Source of the DNA: Sminthopsis crassicaudata
Taxonomy: Eukaryota
Reading direction: 5' to 3'
NCBI RefSeq assembly: GCF_048593235.1
Contig: NC_133619.1
Span: 636,656,558 to 636,720,557 of the forward strand
Length of the DNA: 64,000 nucleotides
Shown: one piece after another, positions 24,201-64,000 of the stretch
How positions within the stretch are numbered: position 1 is the first letter of the stretch
How the letters are laid out: each line of letters begins with the position of its first letter
The notes under the pieces: generated by a model
Databases searched by the model: none
The model's input: only the letters and a program-made list of their open reading frames with translations
Told to the model about the DNA's origin: nothing
Made by a program: the position numbers and the translations under genes

Positions 24201-27200
24201 CTAAATAACTAGAAAAATATTACTTGCTCATAGGTAGAACAAGTTAATATAAAAATGACAAATCTACCTACTACTTATTCAGTGCCATATCAATAAAACT
24301 GCCAAAAACGATTTTTAGAGCTGAAAAAAAAATAACACAAGACTGTGATTGTGTGTTCCTGTCTGCTTGTCCCTGAGAGTTTCTTGCTTATATGGTGCAC
24401 AATGAGTATACACCAATCATTTCATCACTAGGAAACCATTATTTGTTGTAGGATGAAATCAATGCTAAATTAGATTTAATCATCGTCTCTTCAATTCCAC
24501 TCAGTACCTTGTTTCAAGTTCTGGCCTATAACATCTCCCTGTAGGATCAAATCAATTGTTTCTATTCATTCCAGTGACCTAACACCTTATAAAAATCCTA
24601 ACAACATTAAAAATGTAAAACTTTTTGCACAAATAAAGCCAATGTAACCAAGATTAGAGGGAAAGCATCAAGCTGAGAAACAGTTTGGAAAAGACTTCAT
24701 TTCTAAAATATATAGAAAAATGAGTTAGATTTTTAAAGACATATCATTCCCCAATTGATAAAGAATATGAATAGGTAGTTTTCAGGTGAAGAAATTAAAG
24801 CAATCATATGAAAAAATACTCTAAATCACTAGTGATTAGAGAAATGCAAATTAAAACAATTCTGAGGTATACCTCATACCTACCAGATTGGCTAATATGA
24901 TAGAAAAGGAAAATGATAAATGTTCAAGAGGATATGGAAAAATTGGAACACTAATGCATTGTTAGTGGACTTGTGAACTGATCCAACCATTGTGGAAAGC
25001 AATTTGGAACTATGTCCAAATAAACAGCACACCCTTTGATTCAGCAATACCACTATTAGATCTGTATTCCCAAGAGATCATAAATAATGGAAAGGGATCC
25101 ATATATACAAAAATGTTTGTAGCAACTCTCTCTGTAGTGGCAAAGAATTGGAAATTGAGGAGATGCCCATCAATTGGGGAATGGCGAAATAAGTTGTAGT
25201 ATGTGATTGTAACTGAAAACTACTGTTTTATAAGAAATGATGAGCAGGCAGATTTCAGAAAAACCTGGAAAGACTTACATGAACTGATGTTGAGTCAAGT
25301 GAGCAGAACTAGGAGAACACTGTACACAGTAACAGCAGAACTGGATGGGTAATCGATTTTGACAGACTTTGTTCTTCCCAGAAATACAATGACAATTCCA
25401 AAAGACTAATGATGGAAACTGCTATTCACATCCAGAGAAAGAACTATGGAGTCTGAATACAGATCGAAGCATACTACTTTCACTTTGTTGTTTTTTCTCT
25501 CTCATGGTTTTTTTCTTTTGTTCCGATTCTTCTTTAAGAACATGACTAATATAGAAATATGTTTAATATGATTAAACATGTATAACCTATATCAGATTGA
25601 TTGTGGTCTTGGGAGAGGGATGAGGAAGGGAGAGAGAAACGGAAATTGAAATATCATAAAAGTTAATATTGAAAACTAATAAATTAAAAAAAAAAACTTT
25701 CCTTCTTTTCCTCTCATTTTCTTCTTAACTCTGCAATCTGCCTTCTAATATTATTTCACAGAAAACTGCTCTTTCCAAAGTGAGCAGTGATACCTTAGTT
25801 GCTAAATCCAACAGCCTTTTTGAAATCTCCTTGGGTTCCCTGCAGTCTCCGACTCTGTGAATTACCCTCTCCGCCTTGATAGTCTCTTCTCTCTAGGTTT
25901 GTAAGACATGTCTTTCTCCCCCTTCCTCTCCCTTTTGCCCTCTCCCACTCTCTCCAGGTTTCCTTCTCCTTCCCTGAGTTTTCTAACTCTTTACTGGAGC
26001 CTCCCATATCATACCCATTGACCAGAAGTAACCCTGAGGGATTCATCCTGAGCCCTATTCCTTTCTCCCTCTACACTACTTCACTTGATGATCTCATCAG
26101 TTTCCAGGGATTTCATTTCTATGTCTATGTGGATGATGCTTAAAAGGACCTACCTCTCCTACCCTAACCTCTCTGCTAACACCCAATGTCAAATCCCCAA
26201 ATGCCTTTTGGACATCTCAAATCAACTATCCAGTTGACCTCTGAAACCCAACAGGTACAAAAATTATCTTTCCCCCTAAACTCTCCTCTGCTGCTACCTT
26301 CCTTATTATTGTAGAAGGCAAAAACCTCTCGTAGCTCTAACTCCCTCTTGATTGGAAAAATAAAATTAAAACTCTGAGATACAACCTTATACCTAATTAG
26401 ACTATTTCACAGGGCAGAGAAGGAAAACAACAAATGTTGGAGGGGAAGTAGGAAAAATGGGAAATTAATGCACTGTTGGTGGAGTTGTGAACTGATTGGA
26501 GCATTCTGTAGGGCAATACAGAACTATGACCAAAGGGCTATAATGCCATGACCTAGCAATTCTAGACCTGCAACCCAAAAGAGATCAAAATAAAAGGAAA
26601 AAGATTTATATCCACAAAAACATAGCAGTTCTTTTCCAATGGCAAAGAAATGGATACTGAAAGGATGCCCATCAATTGAAACTAGCTGAACAAGTTAAGG
26701 TTGTGATGCTTGAAATACTATTGTGCAGGAGGAGCTCAGCAAACCCTGGAAAGCATTCCATGAGCTGGTGCAAAGCGAAATGTCCAAAGTGTACAAAGTG
26801 AGAGCAATATTGTAAGATGATGAGCTATGAATAACAACGATTCTCAGCAATACAAAGGTATAAGAAAACTGGGAAGGACTGGCCAAATGTTAACCATTTC
26901 CAGAGAAAGAATTGATGGCAACCGAATACAGAATGAAGCATGAGTTTACTTTGTTTTTCTTGAGATTTTTTTTTCCTTTCGGTCTATATTTTTTCTCACA
27001 TCAGGACATATAGATTTTTTTTTTTAACCTGACTATACACATATCAAATTGCCTTGTCAATAAGGGTTGGTGGGGAGGGAGGGAGGAAGGGAGGAAAAGA
27101 ATTTGGAACTCAAAATTTTTAAAATGCAGATAAAAAATTAGTTTTACATGAAACTGGGAAAAAAGAAAACTACTGAATAAATTTTAAAAAGCCACAACAA

Positions 27201-28170
27201 TAACAATAACTAAATGGCTCCTAGTCCCCCAAGGCTTCCGACCTAAGACAGGATGGACTTCTCCATGTAACCCCCCCCATCCAAGCTGTTGTAGAGACCT
27301 GTCAATGTCCCCTCCGCAGCCTCTCACGGGCCCCTCTCTCTCCTCTGACACCGAACCCGACTGGATCTCCCTGCCTCGAGTTTCTTCCCCTGCAATGTCT
27401 TCCATGCAGCCACTAAAGTGACTTAGCCCAAGCACTTCCCCTCCCCCGCTAAGAACTGCAAGGTTCCCTCTGAGGAATCTAAGGCAAAACGTCATTTCCC
27501 ATTCACAGTTCTTCAGAACCTGCACCTCCTTCCCTTCCCGAGTCCCGGACCTGCGGCTCTGGCCTCCAAGCTATTTCAGAAACAAGGCCCCGCCTTTCTC
27601 GGCTCTGGCCGCGGCTCCCCCCTCCCCCCGGACCGCTCTCCCCCCTGCGCTCTAACCACGGGCCTCAAGCCCCATTAAAATCTACCCCCTTCTACAAGAA
27701 GCCCGTCCCACCCCACCCCCACTTTATCTCGGTGCCTTCACATGTTTCCTATTGAACTATTGGTTGTCTCCCCACTAGACTGGAGCATCCTTGAGGACAG
27801 GCTGCCTTCCGCGCTCTGAATCCCCAGCACCAGCCGCAGCAGGGTGACTCTAGTCGCTCAGCTCCATCTCATCCCGTACCCCACCGCTACTCCCCGCCGG
27901 ACTTCGGTCGTCAAGCCCCGCCCCCTCCCCGTCCCCTCGCCTTTCCCGGGCCCCGCCCTCCGAGATATCACCTCTTCCCCACATCCCACCCCCTCCCCAG
28001 CCGGGATCTTTCCTCACAGCAGGCCCCGCCCCTCCCGTCTTCCCCCGAGCCCGCACCTTGAACTCGGCCAGAGTGAGGCCCCGGTTGTACCGCTTCTCCG
28101 AGCGGAAGCTATTGAGGGAGCTGCTGATAAACACGGTGACCGTGGGCGCCGATACCCCGGCCACATTCAT
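15236..28170 (-). CDS. TBCB: Tubulin folding cofactor B (UBL + CAP-Gly), 6 coding exons, 246 aa
   Basis: Exons (minus): 28057-28170, 16208-16351, 15928-16024, 15633-15824, 15450-15522, 15236-15356. Total 741 nt, [32 protein letters not shown]...[12 protein letters not shown]...[34 protein letters not shown] (CAP-Gly motif)...DYGLDDDEM*. Confidence 0.97.
16700..18350. mobile_element. L2 LINE fragments (old)
   Basis: Pyrimidine-rich degenerate sequence with L2-type motifs (cctacaaacatg..., ctccctt...). Recognised by resemblance only. Confidence 0.5.
18361..22340 (+). mobile_element. Degenerate L1 with 5' end, ORF1 and ORF2 fragments and 3'UTR, carrying nested insertions
   Basis: 5' ggagtggagctaagatg. 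ORF1-like tatgaattggtctca and [11 protein letters not shown] / [16 protein letters not shown]2 endonuclease-like aactgtgaatgtgaat...ctacaagaaacac. 3' ORF2 and UTR motifs. Many stops and deletions. Confidence 0.8.
18519..18914 (+). mobile_element. 5'-truncated L1 inserted into the 5'UTR of an older L1
   Basis: L1 3'UTR with poly(A), flanked by the imperfect TSD aagatagcttggaagac / aagatagttggaaagac. Confidence 0.8.
22480..22630 (+). mobile_element. WSINE1-like SINE, well preserved
   Basis: ggggcagctaggtagcacagtggatagagc...gagttcaaatctggtctcagacatttaacac...aagtcacttaacccc, poly(A), TSD aaagtgaatga on both sides. Confidence 0.9.
22697..23303 (-). mobile_element. ERV solo LTR with an internal 32-bp tandem array
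   Basis: TG...CA ends and perfect 6-bp TSD ATAATC (22691-22696 / 23304-23309). Same family as 14116-14348. Confidence 0.9.
22986..23300. repeat. 32-bp tandem repeat, about 10 copies, inside the LTR U3
   Basis: The aacctgagttctcacc core of the 32-bp unit recurs at 22986, 23018, 23050, 23082, 23114, 23146, 23178, 23210, 23242 and 23274. Confidence 0.95.
24343..24606 (-). mobile_element. Partial ERV LTR (U3 side) within L1 ORF2
   Basis: The minus strand starts TGTTGTTAGG. It shares ccctgagag(t/c)ttcttgcttatatg with the LTR at the window end, and it interrupts L1 sequence. Confidence 0.6.
25700..26350 (+). mobile_element. L2 LINE fragment
   Basis: ctctgctctttccaaagt...tgctaaatccaa...tctatgtggatga...ggacatctcaaatc (L2 RT-region motifs). 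Confidence 0.6.
26360..27190 (+). mobile_element. L1 3' fragment
   Basis: aaaactctgagatacaacctta...gaatttggaactcaaaatttt...aataa. Confidence 0.7.
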
Positions 28171-29200
28171 GTTTGCGGAGGGCTTCCGGCCGCGGGCGCT
28201 CCTTCCCGGCCGCCGCCTCCTCGCTCCCCTCAGGCCCGGCCGCCCGAAACCGCCGTCGTAGTCGCCGCCGCCAATGCTACAGCCACGGCCACCGCTACTG
28301 GAACTTTCGCCCCGCCCCCTGCACCCTCCGCCAGCCAATCGCCACCTCGAACGTCTTAACTCAGACCAATCGGCACTTGACTCTGTCCTCGAATGACCAC
28401 CTCCTCTCCAGAGTGGCCCTCCTTCCGCAGATGGTGAAGCTCATCCGGGTCCTCTGTGGAGGATCAGCCTATCGCTTGTCGTTTTGCTCTAGCTGCGGAA
28501 CCCTGCAGCCCAGTAAGAACACGCTATTCTGGGAGGGCCACGGCGGGCTGAAGCCGACGGGAGGGACTGGCACCAGCCTGCCCCGAGCCCCAGGAAGCAT
28601 GCGCGGCGCCCGCCTGCTCCGCTCTGGCGGAGGGGAGGTGGCGGAGAGCGGTTCGCTTTCCATTCATCCTCCAGTCCGGGAAGAGTCTCCTTGGGTTGGC
28701 CACGCCCCGAGGGAAAGGGCGGGCAGCGCCCTTCAGCGTCCAGACTTGGGGCAGTTGGCCGCACCCACGTCCTGTCCTGCGGGTCCGTCTGGAGGCCTCC
28801 GTTGTCGCGTTTGTGAGCCGAGACGGCTGGAGGTGACTTCTCTGGTCACTTTCTTTCTCTGGTCATGGCCCCCAAGAGACAGGGTCAGCCTGATCCCACT
28901 GCAGAGCACGGGTCCCCATTAAGGGAGACAAACGGGAGCCCATCCGTACATCTGGGGCCCCATGGAGATACTCCTTCCCACTCCGCGGTACCGTGCTATG
29001 GGTGGTCACGGTCAAGGGTCCTGAGAGGACCTGGGAGCCCTCAGTTTCCCCCTCTGTAAAACAGAGGCGGGACAAGATCTCTTGACAGCTCGAAACTGAC
29101 GCTTTCCCTCATTCCCACGTGAGCACTGGCCCCGCCCCCGAGAAAGGCGGAGTTTCCCTCCGGACCTTCCCGCGACCCTTTAAGTGCGCCTGCGCACTGA

Positions 29201-31651
<2,451 letters not shown>

Positions 31652-32869
31652 CTACCCACCTGTTTCTAGGAGCGGTGGATGAGGTAGGGGGGGATGGGGC
31701 CTAGACCTCCTCATCCTCTCCATGCAAATCTGGGATGGGCCTCAGCCAACGGCCCTGCTTGGGCTCCAGTTACCTCTGCCCCCTCCCTCCCGCCCAACGG
31801 CCTATTTGCGAATCTCTGGACAAACAGTCTAATCTACCACAGGAGGGATGGATGCTAGGCCCTGGAGTGAGGGAAGCTGAGGCATTTCCAGAGGCCTCTG
31901 CAAGAGAGCCGAGCTGTAGGTGGAGGAGTTAGGTGGGGAAGGCCGACCCCATTGGAGGGTCACACTGCCCACTCCCTAAATTGACAATGGCTCAGGGTGG
32001 GGCAGGGAGGGGGTGGGGGTGTTTGACAGTCAAATCAGCCCCCCTGCACAGCATCCAACGGCCCCTGAGGAAGCTGTCTCTGGAGACAGGTTATTCAAAT
32101 CACTGCAGCTGCCTCCAAGTGGGGGGTGGGGGGTGAAGGGCGCCAACTTTCTAGCCCTGGGTGGTGGGGTTGACTTTTGGAGAAAACCCTACAATCACTT
32201 GGAGGCCTTACCCCCCCATCAGGCTTCCAGGAAGTGCACTCAGAGAGCGAGTGCCTTTCTCAGAAACAAGCCACAAGGAAAAGGCCCACGATTCCCCTTA
32301 AGGGTGGTTCGGAGGAGCCAGAGGCCTTTGGCTGGAGTTGGAAGGAGGGCACTCCCTCCACCCCTCTCCTACAGGTGGGGAAACAGGCTCAGGTTGGCCT
32401 CAGGGCTTCCCCGGGGTCCTAACAGCAGGTTAAGCTGCTGAAGAGTCATTGGAACCCAGATCTTCCTGCCCACACCCCATGCTCTCCTTCAATGTCCTGC
32501 CTACGGGGACTTGGAGCTAGAAAGCTTTCCTGGGAAAAGGACCAACAAGGCGACAGAGCAAGTCTGCACGGAGCAGCCGAGTGCGGCTCCTCCCGCTCCA
32601 GGGTCTCCTATCTAGGGCAGGGGATGTTGGCCAAGGTGAACCACACTCACAGAAGGATGAAGAGAGAAGACATGAGACATAGACGGAGACATATGGTCAC
32701 AGCAAGCAGGCGCTTGGGCCCGAGAACTGGAACCGATGGATGGTCAGTGGACTTTCATTGCCATATTGGGGCCTGTTATACAAGGGACTTCCTAGCCAGC
32801 TGGGCTGCTCCGCAGTGGAACGGACCGCCTTGCTGAGGGCGAGCACTCCCCACCCCCCAACAATCAAGA

Positions 32870-33540
32870 AAAGGTTGGATGCAGTCTCACTACTGGGCCT
32901 GTATCCATGGAGATCATGGAGGAGGGAACAGGACCCACGTGTGCACAAATGTTTGTGGCGACTCTTTGTGGTGGCAAGGAACTCTGGGAACTGAGCGGAT
33001 GCCCATCAGCTGGAGAATGGCTAAGTTATAGTGTATGAATGCTGTGGAATATTGTTATGTAAGAAACGACCAGCAGGAAGATTTCAGAGATGCCTGGAGA
33101 GACTTACAGGAACTGCTGCTGAGGGAAGTGAACAGAACTAGATCATGACACACGGCAACAGCAAGATTATGTGATCAACTGGGATGGACTTAGCGCTTCT
33201 CAGCAACACAGTGATCCAAGACAATTCCAATAGATTTGGGATGAAAAATGCTACCTGGGTCCATAGAAAGAACCAGGGAGACTAAATGTGGATTGAAAGA
33301 TACCGTTTCCATTTTTTTCTTGTATTTTTTCCCTTTTTATCCGATTTTTCTCTCACAACACAAATAATATAGAAATATGTTGAAAATTACTGCACATGTA
33401 TAATCTAGATCAGATTACTTGCTCTTTTGAGGATGTTGAAAGGGAAGAGGAGAAAAAAATTTGGAACTCAGAATCTTCAAGTGAATGTTGAAAACTATAT
33501 ATGTAATTAGAAAAAATAAAATATTAGTGGAGGAAAAAAA
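32870..33540 (+). mobile_element. L1 3' fragment between OVOL3 and WDR62
   Basis: aagaaaagg...cacaaatgtttgtggc...gatgcccatcagctggagaatggct...3'UTR...aaataaaatattag. Confidence 0.8.
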
Positions 33541-33757
33541 GGCTGCATCTTAGAGAAGATTCATGGGCAGGCAGTAGGGCCAGAAGGGAAAAGGTGGAGT
33601 AACGGGTGACCTCTGTTAAAGCATCTTGATTTTATGGCATGACTGGAGAGAGGAAAAGGGCCTGGTGGAAAGATCCCCCTGCCCAAAGGAGCTGCTCTAG
33701 GATGAGAGGGACTAGGGGCTGGGGATGAGGCACCAGGAGCCACTCACATCAAAGTTG

Positions 33758-33763
33758 TTTATT
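33758..33763 (-). terminator. Poly(A) signal of WDR62
   Basis: tttatt about 110 nt after the WDR62 stop on the minus strand. Confidence 0.75.
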
Positions 33764-33874
33764 TTCCAAAAAATAGACATTTTCTTAAAAGCAGCAGAGC
33801 AGAGAAGGAAGAGGTTGTCATGTCAGTGTTATGGCTCTTGACCCCCCGAAGGGGTACTGGTGCTAAGAGGCGGC

Positions 33875-62328
<28,454 letters not shown>

Positions 62329-62419
62329 CTCGGCTCCCGGCGCCCTTCCGACGGTCCCGGCGTCGATCGGAACGAGCGGAGAGACCGTTAGCCGTCGCAA
62401 CGGCCGCTCGCTCCGAACC

Positions 62420-62545
62420 GCCGCGGGAAAAGCCGGCGCTCCCGGGCGATTGGCTGCGTTTCGCTCCAAGGCCAGCCAATGGCCGAGCGGCCGGTCCCGC
62501 GGCCAGCCAATCAGAGGCCAGGGGCGGACCTGGGCGCATGCGTCA
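62420..62545 (-). promoter_or_regulatory. WDR62 core promoter: E2F site, three CCAAT boxes, GC box, NRF1-like site
   Basis: GCGGGAAA 62423-62430, ATTGG 62449-62453, CCAAT 62476-62480 and 62507-62511, GGGGCGG 62521, GCGCATGCG 62534-62542, all inside a CpG island. Confidence 0.7.
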
Positions 62546-62639
62546 CTGGCGGGTGGTGGCGGAGTGGGGAGAGCCGAGCTCGTCCGACTAACGAGGACGG
62601 GGTTTCCAGCTCCTCCCCGGCCCCCTGTACTTTCTTTTA

Positions 62640-63500
62640 ATTTTAATTAAAAATTTACGAGTGTGCTTTTATGTTACAAACATTCACGGATTACCCCGAC
62701 TCCATGAGAGCTCTCTTGTAACAAAATAAAACGAGTGAAACTATAGATCTCTTGTGCAACCCCCCACCCCCACCTGTCTTTTTTGTTATTTAAAGTGAAG
62801 AGAAATCTATCTTCTCTCCCTCCCACTCTCAGCTCACTGGAAATAAGAGAAAGAAACATGTCTCCCTCTGCACCCCGAACGCATCCCCTCTGTGATATTT
62901 TCATCATCCATCCTCTGGACCATCTTCAATCAATTAAAATACATTTATTAAGCAATTTTTTTTTTATTTTCAAAATACATGCAAAGATAATTTTCAGCAT
63001 TCACCTTTGCAAAAACTTGTGTTCCAAATTTTTCCTCTCTCCCTTTCCTAGACAGCAAGTAATCCAATATGTTAAACAACGCACACTTAATAAGCACTCA
63101 AGTGCCAGGTTAATAGCCTAATGGTACTAAACTCTGGAATGCAAAAAAAAAAAAAAAAAAAAAAGGCAATTTTACCGTTTTCAGTTTGTTTTTGCCGTCG
63201 ACATCAGGTAAATTGTTCTCAAAATTGATGGACGTATTTTTAGTTCCTCAGTTACTGCTTTTTGGGAGTTTTTGTCACTTCAAAAAGAAGTGCTATAAAT
63301 ATCTTTGTATATAAGAACCCTTTTTTCTTTGATCTCTTTGAGTATCGGCCTACCATTGGTAGATCCACCACCCATGTTGCAATGTGCCTGTTTTTCCACA
63401 GTTATTCATCTTTTTTCTTTTCTTTTTTTTTTTTTTTTTGGTCCTATTTTCCATACTGATGAACATATGAATGTAAGGAAGAATCTCAGAATTGTTTTAA
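62640..63500 (-). mobile_element. L1 3'UTR fragments (minus)
   Basis: ttttttttattttcaaaatacatgcaaagataattttcagcattcacc...gttccaaattttt is the reverse complement of the marsupial L1 3' end. Confidence 0.75.
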
Positions 63501-63666
63501 TTTGAATTCCTTTAATCATATGGAACATTCCCTATCTCCTGCCCCCAACATGGCTAGATTTATTCTGCGAAAACTGAGTTCATATCCTTAAACTATTTTA
63601 TCAATTGGAGAATGATCCTTATTCTTATATGTAATGTTCTGTTTTTCTAAATTGTAATCATTTTCT

Positions 63667-64000
63667 TGAGCAGGTTTCTTGGGGAGCTTCTGGGAGCAGC
63701 CTTAGTTTCAGTTCAGTTCAATAATCACCAAATGCAGAAAGTCTGGATCCTTTATTGTGTCCTTCAACATCCTGAATCTTTTTTTCCTGTGCCCGGTTAG
63801 CTTTCTTGGAGGCCTCTTTGGTTCCTGAAAGCTCCTGTCCGAGTGTCTCAAAGGTTGAAGTGGGAATGAATCTTCACTCTGAATCTCCCCCCCCCAAGTC
63901 CTCCTTGGCCCTGAGAGCTTCTTGCTTATATGAAGAGAGGAAAAAAATGTTCTATAATCTGCAATTCTGAGTATTAGCTCCTTATCATGAGGTAGATAGT
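63667..64000 (-). mobile_element. ERV LTR, running off the window end
   Basis: tttatt (AATAAA on minus) at about 63751, with cttgcttatatg (TATA-like on minus) upstream. Shares a block with the 24343-24606 fragment. Confidence 0.6.

Larger units (their letters stand above)
22400..25695 (+). mobile_element. Second degenerate L1 (ORF2 and 3'UTR) interrupted by a SINE and two LTRs
   Basis: Endonuclease-region motifs ([19 protein letters not shown], ggagatcttaac...), ORF2 C-terminal region (tggaaagcaatttggaactatg), 3'UTR and poly(A) at about 25685. Confidence 0.8.

Noticed and set aside
28171-28338. In-frame N-terminal extension of TBCB from a TTG
   Set aside because: The ATG at 28170 has a good Kozak context and matches the orthologous start; the TTG sits in a CCAAT box, probably upstream of the TSS.
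28173-28922. 249-aa plus-strand ORF in the bidirectional promoter
   Set aside because: GC-rich CpG island with no true ATG at the start and no family resemblance beyond a chance CxxC.

Overview
Eukaryotic (vertebrate) genomic DNA, almost certainly marsupial: the SINE and L1 families look dasyurid-like (inference). The gene order is the one known from human 19q13.12: CAPNS1 (-), TBCB (-), POLR2I (+), OVOL3 (-), WDR62 (-). All five spliced CDSs could be assembled by hand with consistent exon phases. GC-rich genic and CpG-island blocks alternate with AT-rich stacks of L1, L2, CR1/L3, SINE and ERV LTR sequence. There is one 293-nt assembly gap, and no prokaryotic-type systems, CRISPR arrays, tRNA or rRNA genes were seen. 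The most interesting observations are: (1) a triplicated hydrophobic/Gly module in CAPNS1 domain V; (2) an LTR+tRNA-Lys PBS+leader mini-insertion with its own 6-bp TSD; (3) a 30-bp duplicated, in-frame splice acceptor in POLR2I; (4) a palindromic back-to-back poly(A) signal shared by POLR2I and OVOL3; (5) an OVOL3 intron that appears to be exonised in frame; (6) a 51/52-bp VNTR with a 6-monomer higher-order repeat; (7) two GC-AG introns in WDR62. Orthologue comparisons are from recalled human sequences, not from a search. Repeat-family names and boundaries are approximate unless a TSD is given.
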